DNA from: Minisyncoccota bacterium
GTDB lineage: Bacteria; Patescibacteriota; Minisyncoccia; Phycocordibacterales; GWA1-40-21
Assembly (NCBI GenBank): GCA_036171775.1
Contig: JAVHRR010000021.1
Coordinates: 1 to 41,097, forward strand
Reading direction: 5' to 3'
Length of the DNA: 41,097 nucleotides
Under the pieces are notes generated by a model. The model saw nothing but the letters and a program-made list of their open reading frames with translations, did not search any database and had not been told where the DNA came from. Shown piece by piece: positions 8,310 to 18,892 of the stretch; within the stretch, counting starts at the first letter, position 1; every line of letters begins with the position of its first letter. A program made the position numbers and the translations under genes.

Positions 8310-8334
8310 CCTTATTCGCACGAATAGTAGAATA
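8310..8334. repeat. 25-bp inverted repeat, right copy, flanking the ArsR gene
   Basis: CCTTATTCGCACGAATAGTAGAATA. Confidence 0.85.
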
Positions 8335-8392
8335 TATAACCCTTACCCATCACATGACTTACGTTGTCTTTATTCATACCTTTTTACGTAAG

Positions 8393-9382
8393 TTACTGTT
8401 TTTTTAAAAACGAATTTATTATTTTAACTACTTCTTTAGAATTGTTTGTATCCATCAGTTCAATTCTGAGCTCTTTTGCTCGATCAAAACCACTTACATA
8501 TGCCTTAAAGTGTTTTTTCATATTTGCAAAGTTTCTATAATCCAAAAGTTTCTCATAAAGCTTTGTGTGTTCGACAAGAACCTTAAGTTTTTCTTCAGTG
8601 CTTGGTAAACTTTTTCTTTTAGAATCAAAAAACCATGGATTACCGAAAATTCCTCTTCCCACCATTATTCCATCAAATCCTGCATCTTTAGCAAGCTTTC
8701 TTCCCTGTTCCAAACTAAAAATATCTCCATTTGCTATAAGTACAACTTTTTTGTCATGTGCACGAACAACTTTTACAATATCATTTGCTAACTCAAAATG
8801 TGCTGGAACATCAGACATTTCTTTTTTTGTTCTAAGATGAATCGTAAGAGCAGAAATATTTTCAGCTAAAATTTTTGGAAGCCATTTTTTATATTCAATA
8901 GTATTAAAGCCTATTCTAGTTTTAACTGAGATTGGAAGTTTAGGTGCACCAGCTTTTGCAGCGCGAATTATTTCACACGCAAGCTTCGGTGTGTTTATCA
9001 AAGCAGATCCTGCACCTTGTTTTACCACTGACCTATCTGGACAGCCCATGTTGATATCTATCCCATCAAAACCGAGTTTAGATATTATCTGACACGTAGT
9101 TTTAATATTTTCTGGCTTTGCTCCAAATATCTGTGCGATTATTGGTTTTTCAATTTTTGAGAATTTCAAAATAGGTAAAAGCTTTTTTCTGCCTACAATA
9201 TTTGCTATACCGTCTGCAGAAACGAATTCTGTCCAAAAAACATCTGGGCCACCGCCAACTTTTCCATGTCTGCTATATTTTCCGATTATTTGTCTAAAAA
9301 CAATATCAGTAACATCAGCCATTGGTGCAAGACAAAAGAATGGTTTATTTTTTATAATTACTTTTTGCCAAATATTCATCAT
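8393..9382 (-). CDS. dus: tRNA-dihydrouridine synthase
   Basis: LAPMADVTD, TEFVS, IDINMGCP, GAGSALI, SVKTRIG, ANGDI, MVGRG. Confidence 0.96.
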   Translation of the reverse strand: MMNIWQKVIIKNKPFFCLAPMADVTDIVFRQIIGKYSRHGKVGGGPDVFWTEFVSADGIANIVGRKKLLPILKFSKIEKPIIAQIFGAKPENIKTTCQIISKLGFDGIDINMGCPDRSVVKQGAGSALINTPKLACEIIRAAKAGAPKLPISVKTRIGFNTIEYKKWLPKILAENISALTIHLRTKKEMSDVPAHFELANDIVKVVRAHDKKVVLIANGDIFSLEQGRKLAKDAGFDGIMVGRGIFGNPWFFDSKRKSLPSTEEKLKVLVEHTKLYEKLLDYRNFANMKKHFKAYVSGFDRAKELRIELMDTNNSKEVVKIINSFLKKQ

Positions 9383-9433
9383 AAGTCTATCGATACTATC
9401 ACTATTTCTAATTTTTGACCAATTTACTTAATA

Positions 9434-10012
9434 ATGTTATTGTATAATTACATGACTAAAGCAAAGGAACCAAAATTTCAAATACTACAAACCGGAAACC
9501 CTGTCCTAAGAGAGGTCTCTTCTGTCGTTCCTGCCACAAAAATTAAAACGGCTGAAATGAAAAAAATTATTACTTTGCTTAAAAAAACAATCGACAACCA
9601 GAGCGACGCGGCTGCTATCTCTGCAGTTCAGATAGGAAAACCAATAAGACTTTTTATCATATCGAGAAAGGTTTTTGGAACTGACGCAGATGATCCAAAG
9701 GATATAAAGATTAAGAAAGATATGGTTTTTATAAATCCTAAAATTACGAAAGTTTCAAAAGCGAAACAAGAGCTAGAAGAGGGGTGTCTTTCTGTAAGAT
9801 ATGTATACGGAAAAGTTTTGAGACCAGAAAAAGTTACTGTTGAAGCACTCGATGAAAGCGGAAAAAAATTTTCTAGAGGTTTTTCTGGTCTTTTGGCACA
9901 GATAGTTCAGCACGAAAACGACCATTTGAATGGAATTCTATTTATAGACAAAGCTACAAATCTTCAGAAAATCAGTCACGAAGAGTATGTTGAACTTCTT
10001 AAAAACTTATAA
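9434..10012 (+). CDS. def: peptide deformylase (start may be ATG 9452)
   Basis: GNPVLR, AISAVQIG (variant of GLAAPQIG), FINP, EEGCLS, QHENDHLNG. Confidence 0.96.
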   Translation: MLLYNYMTKAKEPKFQILQTGNPVLREVSSVVPATKIKTAEMKKIITLLKKTIDNQSDAAAISAVQIGKPIRLFIISRKVFGTDADDPKDIKIKKDMVFINPKITKVSKAKQELEEGCLSVRYVYGKVLRPEKVTVEALDESGKKFSRGFSGLLAQIVQHENDHLNGILFIDKATNLQKISHEEYVELLKNL

Positions 10013-10014
10013 AA

Positions 10015-10872
10015 ATGTTTAGCAACAATGTAAAAATTGCTTTCTTTGGAAATTCAGACTTTTCATTGATTGCACTAAAGGAGCTTAAAAACAACGGAGT
10101 TATTCCTAGTATCATAGTTACAACACCTGACAAACCACAAGGCAGAAAGATGGTTCTTACTCCTACACCAACAAAAGTTTGGGCAGAAGAAAATGGTGTG
10201 GAGTGCATTGAACCAATAAAACTTAAAGATGAAATATTTTTAGATAAGATTAAAAATTATAATTTATATATTGTAGCTTCATATGGAAAAATAATTCCGA
10301 AGATTGTTATTGATTTGCCTAAATATAAAGTTTTAAATATTCACCCATCACTTTTACCAAAATATCGAGGACCTTCACCTTTACAAGAACAAATTTTAAA
10401 CAACGAAAAAGAAGTGGGTGTTTCAATAATGCTTGTTGATGAACAAGTGGATCATGGAGCTGTTGTTTCTCAGAAAATAGTTGCTGTTGAAGGATGGCCC
10501 GCTGGTTTTAACTATCTTCAAGAAAAATTGGCTGCGGAAGGTTCACAATTACTAGCTGAAATACTTCCAGATTGGATAAAAGGCAAAATAGAACCTGTTG
10601 CACAAGATGACAGTCTCGCTACTTTTACAAAAAAAGTTCAGAAACAAGATGGTTTGCTAGATTTGTCTAAAGATTCATTGAAAAATTATTTGAAAATATT
10701 GGCATTCGAAGAGTGGCCTAAAACGTATTTTGAAATAGAAAAAGGGGCACAAAAAATAAGAGTTATTGTCAAAAAAGCTATATCGGAGAACGGTTTATTA
10801 AAAATATTGAATGTCATTCCTGAAGGTAAAAAGGAGATGTTATATTCTGATTTTTTGAGAGGACTTAAATAA
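10015..10872 (+). CDS. fmt: methionyl-tRNA formyltransferase
   Basis: IAFFGNSDFS, TTPDKPQGR, VASYGKI, LNIHPSLLPKYRGPSP; follows def. Confidence 0.96.
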   Translation: MFSNNVKIAFFGNSDFSLIALKELKNNGVIPSIIVTTPDKPQGRKMVLTPTPTKVWAEENGVECIEPIKLKDEIFLDKIKNYNLYIVASYGKIIPKIVIDLPKYKVLNIHPSLLPKYRGPSPLQEQILNNEKEVGVSIMLVDEQVDHGAVVSQKIVAVEGWPAGFNYLQEKLAAEGSQLLAEILPDWIKGKIEPVAQDDSLATFTKKVQKQDGLLDLSKDSLKNYLKILAFEEWPKTYFEIEKGAQKIRVIVKKAISENGLLKILNVIPEGKKEMLYSDFLRGLK

Positions 10873-10876
10873 AACC

Positions 10877-10909
10877 AAAAGGGGCTTCCGCGATGCGGAA
10901 GCCCCTTTT
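10877..10909. terminator. bidirectional terminator
   Basis: AAAAGGGGCTTCCGC-GAT-GCGGAAGCCCCTTTT. Confidence 0.88.
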
Positions 10910-10917
10910 AATTTGTT

Positions 10918-11292
10918 CTATTTTCCTGTATAAAAACCTTTTACAAACATTTTTAATTTCGCACCCGTTCTTTTTATTAGGCTAACTTTTTTATCTTTAA
11001 ATGATTTTAGTTCTTCTGTCATTTCTTCTGTAACCTTGTCTAGTGCAACATACAAATCTTCTTCACAAGCTTCGGCTCTAAAGGACTTTCCACCGACATG
11101 TACAGTAAACTCTGCTTTAAAAAATTGTCCTTTGTTGTGATGGTTTGTTGTTTTGCCGATTTCGATGTAACACATTGGAAGCTCTTCATATCCCGCATTA
11201 ACAAACTTATTTAAATGTGCCATTTCTTTTGCCACGTAATCTTTAATTGCGGGGGTCATTGAAAAATCCGTCATCTTTATATTATGTCGCAT
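10918..11292 (-). CDS. raiA: ribosome hibernation factor HPF/RaiA
   Basis: MTPAIKDYV, FKAEFTV, RAEACEEDLYVALDKV...KDK. Confidence 0.9.
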   Translation of the reverse strand: MRHNIKMTDFSMTPAIKDYVAKEMAHLNKFVNAGYEELPMCYIEIGKTTNHHNKGQFFKAEFTVHVGGKSFRAEACEEDLYVALDKVTEEMTEELKSFKDKKVSLIKRTGAKLKMFVKGFYTGK

Positions 11293-11331
11293 ATATTAAA
11301 TTTAAAGTTAAAAATGAAAAATGTAAAAATT

Positions 11332-11571
11332 TTACACTTCATCAATATTAATAATTTTACTTGGAGAGTGATGACCGCTCACAATCCTTACTTCCCCATT
11401 ATACACCTTAAAATATTCTCGCACTAGTTCCACTATCCTCTTGTTCGCAAGGTTTCTTTCGGCAGGCTCTTTTACAGATACATCAAAGTGGTCTTTGGTT
11501 TTTTTAACAAATTTTTCTGTCTTAGCGCCAGTCTTAACTTTAACTTTAATATACATATGACAATTATACAT
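11332..11571 (-). CDS. DUF167/YggU-family protein (start probably ATG 11556)
   Basis: VKVKTGAK, VSVKEPAERNLAN, IVSGHHSPSK. Confidence 0.88.
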   Translation of the reverse strand: MYNCHMYIKVKVKTGAKTEKFVKKTKDHFDVSVKEPAERNLANKRIVELVREYFKVYNGEVRIVSGHHSPSKIINIDEV

Positions 11572-11650
11572 TAATTATATAAAAGCTTCACTTTTAACAT
11601 TATATTTGCTATTATGTTGTGCATATTCCAGGGTGGAACAAACGTTTATT

Positions 11651-11780
11651 TCGGAGTAGTTGAAAAGCGGGTATGTGTAGCTTTTCAAAGACGGAATGAG
11701 CGAAGGCGAGTGAGTCGGGGTCGAGAGATTTTTCAGAGGAAAAATACTCGTGACCAGCGGTTCCGCTGAGCTACCCAGGA
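11651..11780. repeat. structured element ending in an inverted copy of the tRNA-Asn 5' end
   Basis: CCGCTGAGCTACCCAGGA (11763-11780) matches the reverse complement of tRNA nt 1-18 at 16/18; CGGAGTAG direct copy at 11652; internal hairpin GAGATTTTTC-AGAG-GAAAAATACTC. Confidence 0.55.
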
Positions 11781-11792
11781 AATATGTAATAT

Positions 11793-11864
11793 TCCGGAGT
11801 AGCTCAGCGGTAGAGCAATCGCCTGTTAAGCGATTGGTCACAGGTTCGATCCCTGTCTCCGGAG
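11793..11864 (+). tRNA. tRNA-Asn(GTT), CCA not encoded; island integration site
   Basis: TCCGGAG/CTCCGGA acceptor stem, ATCGC-CTGTTAA-GCGAT anticodon arm, GGTTCGATCC T-arm. Confidence 0.97.
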
Positions 11865-11879
11865 CAGTTAGATTTGGTG

Positions 11880-11914
11880 AAAGCGACCTGCCCCCGTCTG
11901 GGTAGGTCGCTTTT
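11880..11914. terminator. bidirectional terminator after tRNA-Asn
   Basis: AAAGCGACCTGCCC...GGGTAGGTCGCTTTT. Confidence 0.8.
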
Positions 11915-12341
11915 ACTTTATTTTGGTCTTATTAGTACCTTTAATCTCTTTCCATGAGTATTGAGTCACTTTACCTTTTTTATCTACAGAAAAAACATAA
12001 AGTAGTAATTTTTTAGCAACTTGCCAAGGAATACGTCGAAGGGCTATTTTTGCACTCACTTCTGGTAACCCTAATGCATAATAATTTCTAGTAGAGCCGC
12101 CGGATTTCATTCTTGTAACAATTTGACCTAGTGAATAAACAAAAGCCACTTCATCTCCCTGTCTTATCTTACCCTCACCTTTTGCTTCTATAAAAAAATA
12201 TCTAGAATATTTAAAATTTTTAGCTTTTATGTCTACTCCATGATCATACAATCCACCGAATTCAAAATGACCCCAACCATTTGCTGATAGCCATTTAATA
12301 ATTGAATGTTTTACAAAATCCTCAGATATTTTTTTATTCAT
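11913..12341 (-). CDS. small PD-(D/E)XK restriction-endonuclease-like protein
   Basis: SEDFVK...GVDIKAK...FIEAKG catalytic pattern. Confidence 0.78.
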   Translation of the reverse strand: MNKKISEDFVKHSIIKWLSANGWGHFEFGGLYDHGVDIKAKNFKYSRYFFIEAKGEGKIRQGDEVAFVYSLGQIVTRMKSGGSTRNYYALGLPEVSAKIALRRIPWQVAKKLLLYVFSVDKKGKVTQYSWKEIKGTNKTKIK

Positions 12342-12404
12342 AATTATTTATTTAAATCTTTCCTTAGCAATAACCTTTCTTGTTAGTTTGTGCTTAGTTT
12401 CGTC

Positions 12405-13319
12405 TTATTTTATAAGATCCACAAATCTTACAACCTTATTTTTACTCCAATCCATAATTTTTACATACCTTCCATTATGTTTATTTGGTCTATTATATTT
12501 ACAACCTTCACACTCATATTTCTCAACTTTACCAGGTATTTCACCGAAGAGTGTTAATTCACTAGGAATAACCTTATTTTCATGACGACAGCTCATAGGA
12601 ACAACATACCTGAGGCCATCCATTTGGAAAATATTCCAACTAATAATTTCGGCAAATTCTTCTTGTATTTTGAGTGTTGGTCGTCCATTAAACTGAGCCT
12701 TGTAATAATCAATAAACGTGTAAAGTAAATTCTCACGCGCAAGTAGAACGTTATCCCCCTGCCAATCATAGCCATAACTTGCCTTAAAGACCTCTTTTGC
12801 CCAAAATATCCATTCTTTTTTATCTTGGCAATATTTCGATAGTATTTTTAATTTTTTATCTAAAAAACCAACACGTTTATTTATTGGAATTATTTTTCCA
12901 GTATGTGCGGTAGTATCATAGCGACTCACTATAAAAGGTGCTTCCCCACACGTAATTTCTAGTTTGAGTTCTTTCACATATTCTTGCCAATTATTTTTAT
13001 CATGTAATTGGTTTTCTACTGCCTTATTAATTTGATTTATAGTTTTAAGTGGTGTAAAAACTTCAGCCTTATCTTTAGTACGGCGACGCTGCTCTTCCAA
13101 GCTCTTGGCTGCACGCGGTTGTATAAGTAATCCATTTTTGCCAGTCACTAGAGCAGGCGCAATACATTTTTTAGATAAATACTCTTTACCGCGCTCTTCA
13201 TACGAATCTGTTGCCCAGATAATATTCTTCTTTGTTGTTTGATCAATAAGCAAAATATCAAGCAAATCACCAGTTTTACGTAGAATATTTTCAAGTATAT
13301 CAATATTTGGCCTATACAT
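12405..13319 (-). CDS. R-M associated methyltransferase-like subunit
   Basis: LLIDQTTKKNIIWATD, RTKDKAEVFTP, LEITCGEAPF (motif I-like), YGYDWQGDNVLLAREN, WNIFQMDGL. No NPPY motif; C-terminal CEGC. Confidence 0.82.
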   Translation of the reverse strand: MYRPNIDILENILRKTGDLLDILLIDQTTKKNIIWATDSYEERGKEYLSKKCIAPALVTGKNGLLIQPRAAKSLEEQRRRTKDKAEVFTPLKTINQINKAVENQLHDKNNWQEYVKELKLEITCGEAPFIVSRYDTTAHTGKIIPINKRVGFLDKKLKILSKYCQDKKEWIFWAKEVFKASYGYDWQGDNVLLARENLLYTFIDYYKAQFNGRPTLKIQEEFAEIISWNIFQMDGLRYVVPMSCRHENKVIPSELTLFGEIPGKVEKYECEGCKYNRPNKHNGRYVKIMDWSKNKVVRFVDLIK

Positions 13320-13324
13320 GATAA

Positions 13325-16300
13325 TTAGTCAAAATAACCAACAATATTCTCCTCAGACTTTTCTTGAATATTCTTCAAAATAAAATTCTTAATTGTGTCG
13401 GGTATTTCATACTTTTTAATTAGTTCAATATCAATTTCCTTAATTGATTTTTTCCACCACGTTTCAGAATAATTCTGTACAGGAACAGCTGCCCAAGCAG
13501 TAGTTGAATGCTGGGAATGCTTATTAAGATATAAGAGTGCTCGTGCGAACTTGGTCATTAAGAATTTTGCGTGTTTTTTTGCATCCGTAATAGTATTGAA
13601 GGGGCCCTGTTCTTGGTAAGTCTCAGTAGAGATTTCATGAGGCTTACCTACTATAACATCAGAATAAGCACCGCCCAGACCTGTACCCTCTGACATATTT
13701 CCCCAAGCATATGGAACAAATACTTTAAATTTATCAAAGGCTTTAGTTTTCCTTGGTATCGGGTAATCCTTTTCTAAGTGACACACCATTCCAGAAAGAC
13801 CGTATAATTTAATGTCGTCTACATTTCGTTTTTCTTTACTTATTGGTGGTAGACAATATTTAGCAGGATCTTTAATTACATCCGTGCGTAAACCATATGG
13901 CTTGAGTACTGATGTAATTGATTGCATAGGAGAAAAGTTATTAAATGCCATGACTATTTTTGCCATTTCTCTAATCTCTTTAGGTTTACTGTCATGATTC
14001 TGCTCGGTTCGAAGTAATGTTATTTGAGGGTTCTTCCCATCTGTATAAATTTTTTGTTTACCTTTTAAGCCGTTGTTATAACTATGCTTCCACAAAATTA
14101 TGTTCGTCCATTCTACTCCGAGGATGCCAGGAAAGACATTCTGCCGATTATCTATAAAGACTATCTGAGGATCTTCCTTGATATCTTTATTATTAAGTAG
14201 CCTTAAATTATTACCGTTCTTGGGGTCCTGCCATCCAGTTGGAAAAATTAACGAAACATTTTCACCAAGCTCACGGCTTGCTAAATAAAAATAAGGGTAA
14301 ATCTGCTGATGATTTTCTCCTTGATATGGGGGATTTCCTACGACTGCTGTAAATTTCATATTTTTTCCAAATTTATTTTTAATTAAATCATACAAAGCAT
14401 TTTGATTTTGAGGCACTAATGTATCTTCGTTCTCAAAATATACAAAGTTCTTTTCTACCTTATACCTAACTTTTTTTAATTCTGGCTGTCCACGCATAAA
14501 GCCAAAAATGTTATCGCTAGATATTTAATGTAATATTTTTCTTGGCGCAAAACCGTAAACTTGGTGCGTTAATATATGTTCCAAGCGTTTATACTTATTG
14601 GGTATTTGGCGCTCTAAATTATTATACAGCCTTTTGACTATTTCAGTTATAAACAACCCTGATTTCATGTATGGATCAAAGAATGTGTGGTCTTTAGATT
14701 TAAATATGCCTGGATTCTGCTTTTCAAGGATATCGATTATTATCTTAACAACAGGTTTTGGAGTGTATATCTGGTTAGTTTGCTGCGGAGGGATATAATC
14801 AAAGATATCTAAACCGCTATCATTTTCATAATAATTTGCTAGCTCTGCTTTACGACTTAAAAATTCAGCAATTGAGGCATTAAAGACTTCTTCATTAAAA
14901 AGGTTATGCTTATCACGCAGTTCTTGAAACTGTTCTTTGGTAATACCGACAAGTTCTTGAAAGGTTGTGGAATCTATATATTTTTCAAAATTATCGAGTT
15001 TGGTATCTGGCTTACCGTATGCCATCAAAATCATTGGAATAGCACGGGCAAAGTAACGCAGGTGATCATGAATTGAATTCTCTTGTTCAATTTTTTCCTT
15101 ATCGGCCTGTTTTTCGAGCTTTATTTTTGTATCTGAAGGGGGTAAGTCATCAATAGTTGGAAGTCGATCTGTTGGTATATCTGGGTTGTCTTGTATTAAT
15201 TCCTCATATTTTTTCTTACCCAAGATTGATTCATTTAGAATAAGATTACCATCATCGTCGTACTCCAATTGTGGCTCAGTTATAGGATTTTTGTTTTTAT
15301 CATGTTCCACACGCCCTTTTTTAATAGTACCCATTTCATTCAATATCTCTCGAGCGCTAGCGGGCAGATGAAAAATATTGCCAATGTTGAAAAGTTTATT
15401 TGAAGTAATAAATTTTCCGTCAACGATCTCCTGTGTCATCAACTTAAGAGGCATAGTAACAACCTCGTTGGCATCGAGCTCTTTCATCTCACCGTATTCA
15501 TCTTCAGCTACCACAGTCAAGAAGTTGAGTAATTTTTTTACCTTATCTTTAGCTCCTTCGCCACCTCCGATAACACTCTTGGCGTAATCTTGAAATATAA
15601 GCAATAGTCTGTCTGGTGCAAAGTCAAATACATAACAGTTTTCTTTTACCATGTCATTACCACCTTCATCCTTGTAACGCCAAGGATTTTGTCCGCGGAA
15701 AGCAGCTTGAAGATACTTGGTGGCAGAAGTCTTACCACCCTCAGCACCATAAAGCATCAATACCGCAGTCCACGGCTTTACAGTTACACCAGTTGTAAGT
15801 TGACCACATGAAAGTGTGATAGTTTTTGTTTCAAGTGATTTTTTATCCTCTCCAATAATTTTTTTGATCTTATCTAGTGCGGTTTTACCTTCATGTTCAG
15901 TATCACCCTTAGCAGCAGCATCAATAATTTCATAATCTGCAAAAATCTTGCGTGAAGGAGTGTTCTCCCCCTGCTCCTGCATGAGTTTTTTAAGTGCTTT
16001 TACTGCAGAAACACCCGGTAATAGCCAAAATGTATGTCTAAGTTCATCACGAATTTCTCTATCAGCGAACGGGAAAGGTCGAGCACTTTGGTTATTTTTA
16101 CTGTTAATGCCAAACATATTATCTAGAAACTTTAATACCATTTCTTCATATACAAACTTGGTCTGTGAGGTCTTAAACAGTTCGTTGAGATCAAATGCGT
16201 ATTCACCATCGGCAACAGTGGCATTGAGTGTTTTAGAAAGTCTGTATGCAAACATATTCATGCGAGGAAGTTCGTAGTAAGGATTTTCGCCATCAGTCGG

Positions 16301-17353
16301 ATCCCAGTTTTCCTTGGCAGATTGTTCATCCTCGTAAGTCCAGTTAAAGATTTGTTTGGTATTGAATTTTTTACTTGTTAGTGCCTTAAACGGTGTACCT
16401 GAAAGATGGAGCGTAAAGTCAGCACGCAGATTTTTAAAAAGTTTATAAGCGTTTTCAGTTTCGGTCGCTTCATGACTTTCGTCTATAATGAAGAGATCCC
16501 AGGATTCATTAAAAATCCATTGATTCTTTTGCTTAAAAGCTTCGGAATTATCCGTCTCTCTACCTTTAATATCCTGCAATGATATAAAAAAAATCGTTGA
16601 CTCTCCATTTTTTATGGTAGCTTTAGTTTCACTAACATTTAGCGCACGACCTTGTAGATTACCTCCGGTAGTAATGTGCTTATTGTCTTTTGTAGAACCG
16701 AACTTAAAGATTCCTTTAGGTTGAATAAACTGTCGATAATCTGTATACCAAGAGTCAGAAATAGCTGGACGATTTGTGACAATAAGTACTTTTTTGGCAT
16801 TAATTTTCTCGGTGAACCAGTAACTAGTTAAAGTCTTTCCAAACCGTGGCTTAGCATTCCAAAGAAATTCACGCTTCCCATTGAGTGAGTTATTCCAATA
16901 TGCATAAGTTTGATCAATAGCATCCTGTTGTTCATCGCGAGGCTTAACGCTCAAGTCAATTTTATTTAGAATATCAGTATCAAAACCTTTCAAGTTTTTG
17001 CGTGCTTCTATGGCTTCGATAGCTTCCTTTTTTGTCATTTTATACCATTCCGAAAAACGTTCACTTTTAGAATTTTTCTTTTTCTCACGCTCATACTTTC
17101 CAGTAGCGTCAATTATCGCATGAACTTCATAATCACGGAATGATTTGCCATTTTTATCAATTGCTTCAGTTGTATAGAGTGTTTCCGCTTTAATATTATC
17201 AGCTTCATTTTGATCTTTAACACGACCAGAATTAATACCGGTTTGGTCACCAATTTTTAACCAACCTAAATGTTCTTTACTATCAGGGTGATGATAGACA
17301 TAAATTACTTTTTTCTCCTTACCTGTAGCTTTGATACTATTCATATAAATCAA
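13325..17353 (-). pseudogene. fused restriction-modification enzyme (nuclease, SF2 helicase, N6-adenine MTase, TRD; Eco57I-like), interrupted by one in-frame TAA at 14525-14527
   Basis: ORFs 14525-17353 and 13325-14497 are in the same frame, joined as ...FAPRKILH*ISSDNIFGFMRGQ. Upstream part has YVY..LKIGD (GIY-YIG/T5orf172-like), AKPRFGKT, DESH and FFDPYMKSG; downstream part has VVGNPPYQ. Confidence 0.82.
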
Positions 17354-17515
17354 ATATTTAGGCTCTTTTTGCCATAATTTGATTAAATTCTAGCATACTT
17401 ACTTATCAAAAAACAGTCGTTTGTCACAACTAAATTTTCAAAAAATAAATTAAATTACTTTTTTGTCACAACAAAACTAGATCGAGAGCGAATTTTTATC
17501 TCAATAATGTATAAA

Positions 17516-18832
17516 TTAATAATAAATTTTTTTATCCTTAATTTTTAACCTACTTTTTAGACATTTTAGTAATTCTCTCTTTGCTTCTCGTGTACCATTT
17601 TTAAGTATATGCTTGGTATAATTTCTTACGTCTGCATCAATAGGTTTATTATCAAATTCTGTTTCTTTACCCAGAACCATGTAACTAAATTGTTGATATT
17701 TTTGGATTTCTTTTTGTATTTCTTCTTTTATTCCTATTTCATCAATATCTATCTTGTCTATGATCTCTAATAGTTGAATTACAAGATCTTCTTCTCTTAT
17801 TGTTTTTTCTTTACAGTACCTATCTGCTCCATGAGTGCAATGATAATATACATATCGATGGGTTTTCCCATTTTTGCAGTGTTTAAATTTTTCTTCTGCA
17901 CTTATACCCGAACCACAAGCTCCACAGAAAAATAGTCTGGTAAAATCAAATTCGTTTGTTCCAGGATGTCTGCGCGGTGGAGCTTCTAAGTTTGCCCGGG
18001 CTTTTAAATACAATTCTTTTGTAATAATTGCATCGTGAGCACCTCTATACCATTTTCCGCTTTTCATAGGATATTCAAATTCACCATAATAATAAGTTTC
18101 CTTAAGAGTTGTGTAAATAATACTCAAGACAATTCTTTTACCTGATCGTGTTGTAAAATTTTTTTCTTTATTTAACCATGTAAGTAAGTCTCTACCGCTA
18201 ACATTGTCGAAAGCAACTTTTTCAAACATTTCTTTTATTATAGGGGCTCGTTCGGGATCAATGAGGACTCTTTTCTTTCCTTTGTCAGCATACTTATCAT
18301 GTATATATCCAAGCGGTGCCATTCCCGGTCTATATCCTTGTTCGCATTTAGCTCTTAATCCCCTTTTTACATTTTCCCCTTTATGATCGTTTTCTAGTTT
18401 TGCCTGTGAACACAAAATCATTAAAAGAAATTTCTCATTTGGAGAATTTGTAAATCTCTGGCCATGAGTTCTTATATCGATCATCTTTCCTTGATCCATA
18501 AGGTCAACAATTTGACCAAGATCTCCTGCATTACGACTTATTCTTGAAGGATCCCAAGCAATTATTCCATTAAACCTGCCTGATTTAATATCAGCTATAA
18601 GTTCTTGATATACAGGTCGTTGCCCTGAGTCCTTGGCTGAGTGAGATTCCATTTTGACCTCAACTACATTAAGTCCTTCTTTGGTCGCCATATCCATCAT
18701 TTCTTTGACTTGAGAGTCAATAGATAATGCCTGCAGCTCATCTTGCTCTGATGATTTTCGTGCATAAAGGCAGTATCTGGTAGGTACTACGACTTTTGGT
18801 ACAAATACTCGTTCTTGCAACTGAGTTTCCAT
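17516..18832 (-). CDS. large serine recombinase (resolvase, recombinase and Zn-ribbon domains)
   Basis: YCLYARKSSE..Q..SIDSQ, ESHSAK..GQRPVY, SRISRN, GYRPGMAPLGY, HDAII, FCGACG...YYHC...C. Confidence 0.95.
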   Translation of the reverse strand: METQLQERVFVPKVVVPTRYCLYARKSSEQDELQALSIDSQVKEMMDMATKEGLNVVEVKMESHSAKDSGQRPVYQELIADIKSGRFNGIIAWDPSRISRNAGDLGQIVDLMDQGKMIDIRTHGQRFTNSPNEKFLLMILCSQAKLENDHKGENVKRGLRAKCEQGYRPGMAPLGYIHDKYADKGKKRVLIDPERAPIIKEMFEKVAFDNVSGRDLLTWLNKEKNFTTRSGKRIVLSIIYTTLKETYYYGEFEYPMKSGKWYRGAHDAIITKELYLKARANLEAPPRRHPGTNEFDFTRLFFCGACGSGISAEEKFKHCKNGKTHRYVYYHCTHGADRYCKEKTIREEDLVIQLLEIIDKIDIDEIGIKEEIQKEIQKYQQFSYMVLGKETEFDNKPIDADVRNYTKHILKNGTREAKRELLKCLKSRLKIKDKKIYY

Positions 18833-18892
18833 ACATCAATCAATGACGCATGCCATCTAGTAAGTCTAGGTCTTAAAAGTTGATAATTATGC

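Noticed and set aside
11575-11841. 88-aa ORF (-)
   Set aside because: Antisense to tRNA-Asn and the structured repeat.
14525-14527. Alternative genetic code as the cause of the in-frame stop
   Set aside because: The codon is TAA, which ends most genes here; the known CPR recoding affects TGA.
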